50,654 nt of DNA from Chiloscyllium plagiosum. Lineage: Eukaryota. The stretch covers positions 10,141,529 through 10,192,182 of the forward strand of contig NC_057719.1 of assembly GCF_004010195.1 (NCBI RefSeq), given 5' to 3'. Both the position numbers and the translations under genes were made by a program. The notes beneath the pieces are model-generated. The model was not told the origin of the DNA and searched no databases. It worked only from the letters and a program-made list of their open reading frames with translations. Below are positions 37,160 to 49,160 of this stretch, piece by piece (the first letter of the stretch is position 1; each line of letters opens with the position of its first letter).

Positions 37160-38142
37160 GATCGGTGCTGGGTCCTCTACTTTTTGTTATTTACATAAAT
37201 GGTTTGGATGTGAGCATAAGAGGTACAGTTAGTAAGTTTGCAGATGACACCAAAATTGGAGGTGTAGTGGACAACGAAGAGGGTTACCTCAGATTACAAC
37301 AGGATATGGACCAGATGGGTCAATGGGCTGAGAAGTGGCAGATGGAGTTGAATTCAGATAAATGCGAGGTGCTGCATTTTGGGAAAGCAAGTATTAGCAG
37401 GACTTGTACACTTAATGGTAAGGTCCTAGGGAGTGTTGCTGAACAAAGAGACCTTGGAGTGCAGGTTCATAGCAGATAGATAGGATAGTGAAGAAGGAGT
37501 TTGGTATGCATTCCTTTTTTGGTCAGAGTATTGAGTACAGGAGTTGGGAGGTCATATTGCAGCTGTACAGGACATTGGTTAGGCCACTGTTGGAATATTG
37601 CGCGCAATTCTGGTCTCCTTCCTATTGGAAAGATGTTCTGAAACTTGAAAGGGTTCAGAAAAGATTTACAAGGATGTTGCCAGGGTTGGAGGATTTGAGC
37701 TATAGGGAGAGGCTGAACAGGCTGGGGCTGTTTTCCCTGGAGCATCGGAGGCTGAGGGGTGACCTTGTAGAGGTTTACAAAATTATGAGGGGCATGGACA
37801 GGGTAAATAGGCAACGTCTTTTCCCTGGGGTCGGGGAGTCCAGAACTAAAGGGCATAGGTTTAGGGTGAGAGGGGAAAGATAAAGAAGAGACTTACGGGC
37901 AACTTTTTTACACAGAGGGTGATACGTGTATGGAATGAGCTGCCAGAGGAAGTGGTGGAGGCTGGTACAATTGCAATATTTAAGAGGCATTTAGATGGGT
38001 ATATGAATAGGAAGGGTTTGGAGGGATATGGGCCGGGTGCTGGCAGGTGGGACTAGATTGTGATGGGATATCTGGTTGGCATGGACGGGTTGGACCGAAG
38101 GGTCTATTTCCATGCTGTACATCTCTATGACTCTATGACTCT
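37160..38142 (+). mobile_element. CR1/HER1 LINE, 5'-truncated (about 1 kb)
   Basis: [48 protein letters not shown]; (ctctatga)n tail. Confidence 0.93.
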
Positions 38143-38469
38143 AAATCAATGAAACAGGTTTCTTCAAAAAAAAGAACTTTAATGGGCTAAATATTACTTT
38201 TTATTGGCTAAGTACTAGCTGTGTCAAGTCTTTTTGGAAAGCTTCTCATCATACAGGTAAGAACTAGGGGCTGGTGCAGACCATTCGGCCCTCGAGCCTG
38301 CTCCACCATTTGATACAATCCTGGCTGACTTTGTCGCAGCATCAACTCCACTTTCTTGCCCGCTCTCCCAGGTTCAACCCAGGTTCAAGTTCCACCCACT
38401 CCACAGGTGTGTCATAACATCTCTGAACAAGTTGCTTCAGACCGCATCCTTGAACACATTCATGGATTT

Positions 38470-38835
38470 CCGTTTTGAGGCTAGATTGAGGAGGTTGGGG
38501 CTGTTTTCCCTGGAGAGATGGGGACTGAGAAAAGATTTGATAGAGGTTTTCAAAATCATCAGCAGGGCTGAGGTGGGAGAGACTGGCACCACTCAGAAAA
38601 GAGAAAAGGACAAGAAAGTAATGTGCAGATGAAGCGAAGGTATGGTGAGAAAAATATTTTAACTCAGCAAGGCGACACTGTCTGGAAATGTGGTGGGGGC
38701 AGGTTCGATGGAGGCATTCTGAGACATTGGATAGTTGATTGGATTGAAATGGTAGGAGTTGGCACTAGGTAATAGTATATGATAAGCTGAATGGCCTCCT
38801 TCTACAACCATTAATAGTTCGGTGATTCTGTGAAT
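38470..38835 (+). mobile_element. Old CR1-like 3' fragment
   Basis: RLRRLGLFSLER.GLR.DLIEVFKI; gctgaatggcctcct tail. Confidence 0.7.
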
Positions 38836-41147
38836 ACTTGATAACTAGGGCCATTCTGTTCTATCCCAACTGCAACTGCATTCCATTTGTTCTCTGCAAT
38901 CTTGATTAACGTAGCGGATTAAAATCAACACAGTTTTCTTCAAGCAAGAGTCCAACACTCTCCGACTGTGGAAAAATACCAACCTTAGTCTTTGCTCACC
39001 CTTTGTATTCATGCTTGCCATACAATGAAAATGGTGAGGTGTCCATTTAGTTCTTCCTTCTCACTCTCTCTCTCTCCCTTTCTCTCACTGTCTATGTTTT
39101 GTTTTCCCTTTCTTAGGCACCGTCTCCTCTGACTGAGCCGCACTTATTGTGAGCAATTCCACTTCACAGCATGACTGGCAAAGGCAAGTAGCAAACTGTA
39201 AACTCATTATATTTTACAGCAAGCACACTCTGTTAGGATTGGTGCCATATCGACCCACGCCAACATCAGTGTGAAATACACAGCTAACAAGCTCTTTCCT
39301 TTTGGTGTGGTTTTGAAAGTGAACATAGTCATCATCCATCGCAGCTGCGAAACATCCATCCAGTACCCTCACCTCCCCCCCCTCCCGACCCAGTGCCGAT
39401 ACACATTAACAGAAATGAGCAGAGTAATGCAGGAAGAAGTTACTTGACTAAGGGTCAGATTTTCGCTCCCGGTTCGCAGGCCTAGAAGGATTCTCTGCTC
39501 CACGATCCTGACTTTCAAAATGTCCGTGGGTGTTTGCTGCGAAAATCGGGATCTTTTTGGAAGTCAGGGAAGACAGGCCCAGACCAACTGAGGAGGCTGT
39601 TGGGTGTGGAGGAGGGATGGGTGAAAGGCTGGCATCCAGCACTACGTCCAAAGATTAAAAATAAAGAATGAAACAGGAAATATCCCTTCGGCTCTCATCC
39701 CCTTCTCAACTCCCATACGTGTCTCACCATGCCACATCTAAGTCAACTCGAGATGCCTCGAGCCTTCCCACCTGCCTCCATGATCCCTAATACCAACCCC
39801 CAATACAACCCATGTCTACCAAAAAAAGCCTATTGCTCCTCATGACCCTCCACCACTTCCCATGGCCCTTTATCAGCATAGGCAACTTTGTAATTGGCTG
39901 GTTCTAACATTGATGGCAGCAGGAGGCACCACAGCCTCCACTGACCATGACAATAGCGGTCATGTTGGGGTGCCCGGCGTGGGCCATGGCAAAGATGAAT
40001 TGGCCCAGTAGCTGAAGATGGTGCCTGAGGATCGACAACTTTGATGATAGTTGGGTCTGGCAAGGGGCTGTGTTTCTGAGCTCAATCAGAGCTCATACAT
40101 CGATGGATTTCTATTTAAACTATATATTTTCATTTTCTCTTACTCTTAAACTTCAAAATGGTGCCGGATGATGGGGATAAGTGAAAGCTTTTCACTATTT
40201 TATTCTATTTCACTTTAAAATACACCCGACAATAAGTCATTTATTCTTTATTATAGCCCCTTATCAACATCGTATCAACTTACGTCAACTCACACTCCAT
40301 CCCACCCCTTCACCCTTACACCATCTCACCTTGTATCCACCACGGTTGTGATAATATAAACTTCTATCAGATTATGCTTTAAGTCTCTACTGCACACGAT
40401 GCTATAATGAGAAAACCACATTCCTCCAAATAAGTAATGCCTCATAACAATAAACATTTGTTTCATGTGTATAATCTCCTTTAACAAGTACTGGAATTCA
40501 TTGTCCAACATCAAAGTGTTCGTAACCACATTTACCTGCTCTTCAAACTGAGACATTGAGTGGCAGTGAAATTGATCATGCAGCAGAAATCCAGTAAAGG
40601 AAAAAGTTAAATGTATGCCAACAGAGTCAAGTAGCAAGTACATGTTCCCTTTAACAACCCAGACATTTTTATTTCACACATTTAAAAGGCAGGACTTTAA
40701 ATGCCTTGACAAGTCCCTCTGCCAGGTCCTTTTGTAAACTTTGACAGCTCACCTTGATAAATCCCTTTGAGAGGTTGTCTCGACATTGTTGAGATGTGTC
40801 TTTGACAAATGCTTGATAGTTGATTTTGACAGGCCTGTTGACAGTTCCAATGAGTTTGGTAGTAATGAGCTTATCCACTTCTTTTACTCAATGTGCCTAA
40901 CATTAAAACAAATTCCAAAGGGCACCTTGCCTCTCCCAAAGGATTGCTGGGGGCTAGGTTCAAAGGGTATCTCAACAAAGGTAGACCCTAGCTACATCCA
41001 AAGAAATGTACAGCATTCAGGATGGTTCATTCCATCTCTATTCTGCACACTGGAGGTTTCAAGATGCATTATTTGCACTATCCCATTTCAGTGGAGCCAG
41101 CTGTTCATTTAAATAGCCAGCTGCCCCGGTGAACAGGCCATGAGCAG

Positions 41148-42380
41148 CTTCGGAAGCTGAGGGGTGACTTTACGGGAGTTTATAATATCACGAGGGGCAT
41201 GGATACGGTAAATAGACAAGGTCTTTTCTCCGGGACAGGGGAGTCCAAAACGAGAGGGCATAGGTTTAGGGCGAGAGGGGAAAATGTAAAAAAGACCTAA
41301 GGGGCACCAGCTGTAGCTGGTACGTGTATGGAATGGGCTGCCAGAGGAAGTGATGGAGGCTAGTACAATTACAACATTTAAAAGGCATTCGGACGGCTAT
41401 CTGAATAGGAAGGGTTTAGAGGGATATGGGCCAAATGCTGGCAAATGGTACTCGAACCACGATGGCAGTCATGCATCAGTGCCTGTTTCTGGGAAGAGGC
41501 CTGAGGCTGTCTGTGGTGCGGCTTAAAACGCGGCACTGGAAAACTGGATAATTGTGAATCCTTCTTATTGGAATATTGTGCCGAACAATGGTCTCCACTT
41601 TAATCTTTACTTACCGCCGGGAGATGTAATATCAGAACGATGGTCAACGAGCCCCGGAGGTAAGTGCCGGGCCAGCATTGGCAGGGGAGAGTCCTGGAGC
41701 AGAGCCTACCGGGTTGGTGGGGGGGATGAGGTAACGGGTCCCCAAGCACAGGCCAATGTCGGGACGTTGGGGGAGCCCCGGAGCAGAGGCCAGCCCGGGT
41801 ATCGGTGCGTCCCGGGTGGAGCCTGGCAGGGATGGGAGTGCAGTGAGTCCTGGGGCACAGTCCAGCAAGTTGGGGGTGTGAGTGGGGAAGTGGCAAGTCC
41901 TACAGCAGACGGCAGCGCAGAGGGTCTCAGAGTGGAGGCCGGGGGAGTCAGTGACTCCTGAGGTGGAGGCCAGTGGGGGTTGGGAGTGTGGTGAGCTCTG
42001 GGGCAGAAGCAAGGCCTTGGGGACTGGAAGCAAGGCCTGGAGGTTTGAAACCCAGCTCGGTCTCGAGACTTGCCTGGGGCAATCTGAAGGTTTGGTGCTG
42101 GCACAGATTTGGTGAAAAGCCTAAAATTTGAGTGCTTTTTAAGCAGAAAACTTTTTTTATTCTTTATTCTTATGCTGAAAGTTTATTTATGATTCTTTCA
42201 AGTCTGTAACACATATTTAAGTATTCTGTACCTAAAATGGCCATTACAAACTTTTCGCTGCATTCATTCAAATGCACATAACAATAAAGGCCAATTCAGT
42301 TCAAGTTAGGGTATCTGGTTGCCATGGACAGTTGGACAGGAGGGTCCATTTCTCTGCTGTACAACTCTGTGACTCTATGA
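41148..42380 (+). mobile_element. CR1/HER1 3' end split by an insertion of about 850 bp
   Basis: CR1 sequence stops at about 41452 (ggcaaatggtact) and resumes at about 42304 (gttagggtatctgg...gactctatga). Confidence 0.8.
41453..42303 (+). mobile_element. Unclassified GC-rich non-coding retroposon-like insertion
   Basis: Cleanly interrupts the CR1; GC-rich body, T-rich segment, tail cctaaaatggc...cttttc.ctg...acaataaa; similar tails at about 40150-40250 (+) and 320-420 (-). Confidence 0.55.
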
Positions 42381-42879
42381 AATCCTGACTGGATCCCACT
42401 TCTGCTAAAGTGGGCAATGCCATATTTCAAGAATTGTCTACCACTTTCACCACAGACAGGTTCTCTATTATGGTGGAACTCTCAGACTTCACAAAAAATG
42501 GGAGATGTATGAGCAGCCGTTGGACTGATTCTCTTTTATATAACTCAGTGTCAAATTATGGCTGTGAAACATTTTTACACTCCACCAGGGGAAGTGTAAT
42601 GTCTTTAAAAGTGCTATATAAATATTAAAATTATAAATTATTAAATTAAAAATTATCACCAGGCTGGTGAAGACTTTTCATTAATCATTTTGTCCTCATA
42701 TAGTGCAGTTATAGAGTGGAATGTTTTATGATTATTTTGATATTAATGTGGCTCAACTTGCTAAATAACGGACTATGGTTTTAATATGGTCAGGTTTGGA
42801 GGGGCCACAGTTCCCCTACATTATATAACTACCCCCTACATCCTCAGTCCACCTCAAAACGTATATATCATTTATTATT

Positions 42880-42882
<3 letters not shown>

Positions 42883-42910
<28 letters not shown>
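42883..42910. repeat. (CA)n microsatellite
   Basis: About 14 CA units. Confidence 0.95.
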
Positions 42911-42913
<3 letters not shown>

Positions 42914-44288
42914 CATCCATATCTAAGCCTTCAAGCAGGAAGTCAGGTGCTATCGCTCTAATCTTATCCATACTGGGCTTATTTCTACTTGAGTTCTTAT
43001 CACCATCTTTGTCCAATCACAGTGTTGACAAAGGTTGGTAAGTAAAATCAACTTGAGGCTTCAGCAAGACTGAAACATATTTGCCCCACTCTGCAGCACT
43101 TATTTATCTTGAAGTACATGGACTTACTGGTGAGAGGTTGTTAATTTTTCACTATTCTACCTCCTTGTGCCAGGTTGCAACGGCACAGGCAACAGTCACT
43201 ATTTATTCAAGCGGTCCCAGTCCTGAAATGAAAGCAAAATACTGCAGATGCTAGTAATCTGCAACAAACACAGAGAATGCTGGAGAAACTCAGCACCTCT
43301 GGTAGCATTTGTGAAAAGAGAAACAGAGTTAATGCTTTGAGTCTGTTATGGCTTTTCTTTAGAATTCTATCTGCAGTATAAGCTTTCATTATCTATCTCG
43401 TCTTGTTTCAGTTCCTTTAAACTCATCTCTTGCATGCAAAGTGATTCCACTCCTCTCAGTGAGAACACTGCTTGTCGCATGCTGGACATGCTTCCTTTTC
43501 TTTTGTTTGATGTTCTCTCTAATTTTCCATTCTAGCTCTCTGACAACTCTTCTGCAAATATTCCTTCTTTTTTCCCTAATCTGTTGTTCTCATTTGGCCT
43601 GGAATGCCTCTCAGCATCATGCAATGCCTGGTCTATTCTTCCATTAATCCACAGATACACAGCATATGGACAATTGACAGTCTCCAAGGTTCTGCACATG
43701 TTGATAGTGTCAAGAAAGCTATGTTTCTCCTCACTCAGCTGATATGATCTCATGGCAGGATCTCTTATGAGATATTCGAGGAGAAAGTGAGGTCTGCAGA
43801 TGCTGGAGATCAAAGTTGAAACTTTATTGCTGGAACAGCACAGCAGGTCAGGCAGCATCCAGGGAACAGGAGATTCGACGTTTCGGGAATGAGCAGAAGT
43901 GTTCAGCAGGAGAAGATAAAAGGTAGGGAGGAGGGACTTGGAGGAGGGGCGTTGGAAATGTGATAGGTGGAAAGAGGTCAAGGTGAGGGTGATAGGTCGG
44001 AGTAGGATGGAGGCGGAGAGGTCAAGAAGAAGACTGCAAGTCAGGAAGGCGGTGCCGGGCTGGAGGAATCCGGCTGAGACAAGGTGGGGGGAGGGGGAAT
44101 GAAGAAACTGGTGAAGTCCAAGTTCATCCCCTGCGGTTGGAGGGTTCCCAGTCGGAAGATAAGACGCTCCTCCTCCGACCGTCGCGTTGTTGTGGTTTGG
44201 CGGTGGATGAGTCCAATGACCTGCATATCCTCGGTGGAGTGGGAGGGGGAGTTGAAATGCTGTGCCACAGGTTGGTGGGGTTGGTTCG

Positions 44289-44450
44289 NNNNNNNNNNNN
44301 NNNNNNNNNNNNNNNNNNNNNNNNNNNNNNNNNNNNNNNNNNNNNNNNNNNNNNNNNNNNNNNNNNNNNNNNNNNNNNNNNNNNNNNNNNNNNNNNNNNN
44401 NNNNNNNNNNNNNNNNNNNNNNNNNNNNNNNNNNNNNNNNNNNNNNNNNN
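44289..44450. other. Assembly gap
   Basis: Run of N. Confidence 1.
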
Positions 44451-44689
44451 GACTGTGTAATATCTTGCAGACTATACACGTCTCTTACCTCTTACTGATG
44501 TCACGCCTGATTGTCTGTGTAATATCTTGCAGACAATACATGTCTACTACCTCTTCCAGATGTCACTCCTGATAGTCTGTGAAATGTCTTGCAGCAGTTA
44601 CACATCTATTACCTCTTCCAGATGTCACTCCTCATGGATTGTGTAATATCTTGCAGACTATACACATCTATTACCTCTTCCAGATGTCA
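44451..44689. repeat. 62-bp tandem repeat (about 3.8 copies visible)
   Basis: Unit tgtgtaatatcttgcagactatacacatctattacctcttccagatgtcactcctgatagtc starts at 44454, 44516, 44578 and 44640. Confidence 0.9.
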
Positions 44690-44799
44690 TAGAACATAGA
44701 ACATAGAAGAATACAGCGCAGTACAGGCCCTTGGGCCCTCGATGTTGCGCCGATCCAAGCCCACCTAAACTACACTAACCCACTATCCTCCATATATCC
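44688..44799 (-). mobile_element. CR1-like LINE 3' tip
   Basis: (catagaa)n tail followed by tacagcgcagtacaggcccttgggccctcgatgttgcgccg. Confidence 0.7.
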
Positions 44800-46534
44800 T
44801 TGGTGCTGGGGTCTGTTTGGAGGTGGCGGAAGTGACGGCGGATGATGCGCTGTACATGGAGATTGGTGGGGTGGTAGGTGAGGACCAGTGGGGTTCTGTC
44901 CTGGTGGCGGTTGGAGGGGCGGGGCTCAAGGGCGGAGGAGCGGGAAGTGGAGGAGATGCGGTGGAGGGCACCGTCGACCACGTCGGGGGGGGTAATTGCG
45001 GTCCTTGAAGAAGGAGGCCATCTGTGTTGTACGTATTTTGAACTGGTCCTCCTGGGAGCAGATGCGGCGGAGACGAAGGAATTGGGAGAATGGGATGGCG
45101 TTTTTACAGGGGGCAGGATGGGAGGAGGTGTAGTCTAGGTAGCTGTGGGAGTCGGTTGGTTTGTAGTAGATGTCCGTGTTGATTCGGTCGCCTGAGATAG
45201 AAACGGAAAGGTCTAGGAAGGGGAGGGAGGAGTCCGAGACTGTCCAGGTGAATTTGAGGTCGGGGTGGAAGGTGTTAGTGTAGTGGATGAGCTGTTCAAC
45301 CTCCTCGTGGGAGCACGAGGTAGCGCCGATACAGTCATCAATGTAGCGGAGGAAAAGATGGGGGGTGGGGCCAGTGTAGTTGCGGAAGATGGATTGTTCC
45401 ACATACCCTACAAAGAGGCAGGCATAGCTGCGGCCTATGCGGGTGCCCATGGCTACTCCTTTTGTTTGGAGAAAGTGGGAGGATTGGAAAGGAAAGTTGT
45501 TCAGGGTGAGGACCAGTTCGGTCAGTCGAAGGAGGGTGTCGGTGGAAGGGTACTGGGTGGTACGGCGGGAAAGGCAGAAGCGGAGTGCTTTGAGTCCTTC
45601 GTGATGGGGGATGGAGGTGTACAGGGACTGGATGTCCATGGTGAAGATGAGGCGTTGGGGACCGGGGAAGCGGAAGTCCTGGAGGAGGTGGAGGGCGTGG
45701 GTGGTGTCACGAACGTAGGTGGGGAGTTCTTGGACTAATGGGGACAGGACCGTGTCGAGGTATGCCGAGATGTGTTCGGTTGGGCAGGAGCAGGCTGAGA
45801 CGATGGGTCGTGCGGGGGAGTCAGGTTTGTGGATTTTGGGCAGGAGGTAGAAGCGGGCGGTGCGGGGTTGTGGGACTATGAGGTTGGAGGCGGTGGATGG
45901 GAGGTCCCCTGAGGTGATGAGGTTATGGATGGTCTGGGAGATGATGGTTTGGTGGTGGGGGATGGGGTCATGGTCAAAGGGATGGTAGGAGGAGGTATCT
46001 GCGAGCTGGCGTTTGGCCTCAGCGGTGTAAAGGTCAGTGCGCCAGACTACTACTGCGCCTCCCTTGTCAGCTGGTTTGATGGTGAGGTTGGGGTTGGAAC
46101 GGAGGGAGTGGAGGGCTGCGCGTTCCGAGGGTGAGAGGTTGGAGTGGGTGGGAGGGGTGTGGGAGTTCAGGTAGCGGTTAATATCGCGGCGGCAGTTTGC
46201 TATGAAGAGGTCGAGGGCAGGTATGAGGGCAGGTAAGAGGTCTTATGAGATATCCCAATCCTTCAACTTATAGGCTGTCAACTCAGTACACTGTCGGCTA
46301 GCTCTGAGCAAGCAAATGAAAACTGCAAATGATGGAGGAAGGGTTCTGAGCAAGGATCACTCAACCTGAAACATTAACTCTGATTTCTCTCCACAGATGC
46401 TGCCAGACCTGATGAGCCTTTCCAGCAAATTCTGGTTTTGTTTCTGCAAATGAAAGATAGTTCTCCTAAGATTGTTGCTTAGTGGCAGCAGTGACTTAGA
46501 ACCTTCCTCTGACTGTGGGCTTCTTTCACCAGGA

Positions 46535-46830
46535 AGTGAGCTGGGCCAGCATTTACTGCCTGTCCCTAGGTATCCTTGAGAAGGTGGCAGGGAGCTGCCA
46601 TCTTGAACCGCTGCAGTCCATCTTGTGCATGTACCTCAGAGAACTGGTAGGAGGGAGTTTTAGTGTTTTGATCTAGCAACAGGATGGTGTGTGGTTTGGA
46701 GAGGAATTTGCAGATGTTGACGTTCTGCTACCCTTGGAGCTGAGAGAGGTGGAGGGTTTAGGAGATGCTGTCGAAAGGGCAGTTGCTGCTTGTATAGGTG
46801 AACAACAGAAAATATTAAAAAGGGGGCTGA
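46535..46830 (-). mobile_element. LINE 3' end whose tail is shared with the second SINE family
   Basis: Minus strand reads like GLQRFK.AA...LLK; second copy at 48735-48905. Confidence 0.55.
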
Positions 46831-46938
46831 GCACTCTGACTCCAGCACAGATTACAGCAATTTATTTTGAAATGTTGCCAGTTTATGAGGCTATAAGGAG
46901 GTTAAATATGTGTAATGACTGTCAAGGGAGGAGATCAT

Positions 46939-47397
46939 AGATCCCTACAGTGTGAAAGCAGGCCATTTGTCAAGATTAGAGTGGCAGGAATCCTGATGAA
47001 AGGCTCCTGCCCGAAACGTCGATTTTCCTTCTCCTCAGATGCTGCAGCACCACTCTAATCTTGACTCTGATCTCTAGCATCTGCAGCACCCACTTTCACC
47101 TAGCAGACCATTTGGCCCATTGAGTCCAAACTGACCCTCCTAAGAGCATGCCTCCTCCCTACTCTTGTCACCCTGCATTTCCCACGGCTAACCCACCTAG
47201 CCTGCACGTTCCTGAACACAATAGGCAACTTAGCATGGCCAACCCACCTACCTGCACATCTTTGGACTTGTGGGAGGAAACCAAAGCACCCAGAGGGGTA
47301 TCCACACAGATACAGGAGAATGTGCAAACTTCACACAGACAGTTGCACCAGACTGGAATCGTACTCAGGTCCCTGGCACTGTGAGCCACCATGCCAC
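46939..47397 (-). mobile_element. HE1-type SINE with a nested PLE mini-element (46970-47101)
   Basis: SINE head near 47397; insert flanked by agcag(g/a)ccatttg at 46957-46969 and 47102-47114; CTGATGA..GAAACGTC at about 46993-47020. Confidence 0.82.
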
Positions 47398-48269
47398 GCT
47401 AATGGAGTGGAATCAGTATTCCAGGGATTCCCTCCACAGAGCACCGCGATCTAAACTGTTAATTTAGAACTACCTTGCATGTGTAGTTCACACTAAATTT
47501 CCATGTGTAGACATCCACATTGTTAAAACTTAAAAAAAGAGCAAGCAACTTGCATCTTCGGAACAAAACTGGTACAAAAAGCTTCATTAAACTTGCGGCG
47601 AGATCTCAAGGTCAATGATTTTAATACTTTTGCCTAACCTCCTTCTGTTATTATTTACCACTTTTCAGTAGGTTTACCATGTTTGCTACATCTGTGCAGA
47701 TGGAATTAATTATAGTTGACCTTTGCTGTCATCTGGGCCGATCGAGGTCACATTTCAGCTGCACTTCGATTAAGAGGAATATAAAATCTGCATAAATAAA
47801 TACAGCTTCATCAAGATTCATTAACTGTATCTTATTGCCATGTTGTTGAGGTTTCAATGCCCCAGGAGCCTACAGCTGCTGTAATTCTCCAGGAAGGTGC
47901 ATGCCCTTTATCTTTTGAAATGCATCATTTGTTCAACAACATGCTGCAGTGCTATTTGTCTGTGCTTCACGCTTGCGATTCAGTGGAAATTGGTATTCAT
48001 CTTTTGTAGGCTTTGCTCTGAACACACCTCTTTAAGGCTACATCGAGCCCACTGCCAATTATCTTGCTGCGTAACCTTTTTAAAAAACGCACTGTTACTG
48101 TGCATGGCTGCACTATATTTAGCACCAGGTTATTTAAATATAAAATTACGTCTGAAACCTTTGAGGGCGATACCAAGGTTCAGAGTAAAGGTGCGACGGT
48201 ACAGTTGAATTAATACATAGTTTGGAAAAAAATATCTCACTTCCCTGTCTTTATAAGAACACCAATTGT

Positions 48270-48705
48270 TTTTTTTTTCCCTTTGGGATGTGGTCACTGG
48301 CAGAATCAGTCTTTGATGCCTAACTCTAAATGCGCTGAATCGAGTGGTTTTCCAGGGCAACCACATCAACCTGGAGTCAGATGTAGGCAAGACCAGGTAA
48401 AGACAGCAGATTCCCTTCCCTGAAGGTTTTTGGTGAACCACATGGATTTTGTTTTAAAGACAACAGACGATAGTTTCCTGGACACCAATAGATCATAACA
48501 TAGATTGTACCAATGGAATACAAATTTCATCATCTGCAATGTTGAGATCTAATCTCAAATAAACCACAGAATCCCTCCAGTGTGGAAACAGGCCATTCGG
48601 CCCAACAAGTCCACACTGACCCTCTGAAGAGCATCTATGCCCAGACAATTAGTCTGGGCTTTTGGGTTATAAGTCTAATAAGCATACAGATGCGACACTG
48701 CATCC
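48270..48705 (-). mobile_element. Second-family tRNA SINE with an HE1 tail fragment inside (about 48568-48640)
   Basis: ctggagtcagatgtaggcaagaccaggtaa..gcagattccc core; cagtgtggaaacaggccattcggcccaacaagtccacac is the HE1 tail. Confidence 0.6.
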
Positions 48706-49007
48706 CCTCAACATGATATTTAAATATTGCACTTTTTAAAATTCACTCATGGGCATGGGTATCACTGGCTGGACCAACATTTATTGTCCATCCCTAGTTG
48801 CCCTTGAGAAGGTAGTTGTAAGCTGCCTTCTGGAATCGCTGCAGGCCCTATACTGTGAGTAGATTCACAATGCTGGGAGAGAGGAAGTTCCAGGATTTTG
48901 ACCCATGCCACAATGATTGTAGCAGGCGGTCAGATATATAAAAAATGACAATGGCACTTGACTCCTGTCCAATTCATTTTATTGCATCTACATTTCGTAC
49001 ATTACAA

Positions 49008-49160
49008 AGTGGGTTTCCACTGGATGCTCCAGTTCCCTCTCACAGTCCAAAGACGTGCAGGTGAGGTAGATTGGCCATGGTAATTGCAGGGCTATGAGGA
49101 TAGGTTGGGATGCTCTTCAGAGGGTCAGCGCAGACTCAATAGGCTGAATGGCCTCTTTCC
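49008..49160 (+). mobile_element. Truncated HE1-type SINE
   Basis: gtgggtttcc...cacagtccaaagacgtgcagg...cacactgtagggattctatg. Confidence 0.75.

Larger units (their letters stand above)
43776..46240 (-). mobile_element. Penelope-like retroelement, 5'-truncated (RT + GIY-YIG endonuclease)
   Basis: IKPADKGGAVV, RPIVS, MDIQSLYTSIPH, QTKGVAMGT, LRYIDD, PFLD, YYKPTD, PFSQFLRLRRICS; C-terminal VAQHFN..RLGTLQPQGMN. 13-bp TSD tcttatgagatat at 43763-43775 and 46241-46253. Confidence 0.92.

Noticed and set aside
39465..39870. Possible old DNA-transposon remnants (also about 28445-28835 and 35415-35780)
   Set aside because: Higher GC and repeat-like look, but I could not define TIRs, TSDs or coding motifs.
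41554..42115. Overlapping Pro/Gly-rich ORFs
   Set aside because: Expected in GC-rich DNA on both strands; no domain signature.
43532..44572. Long ORFs of 162-315 aa
   Set aside because: Artefacts of reading through N runs and off-frame PLE sequence.
44451..44689. CRISPR-like periodic repeat
   Set aside because: Units are head-to-tail with no unique spacers, no cas genes, eukaryotic context.
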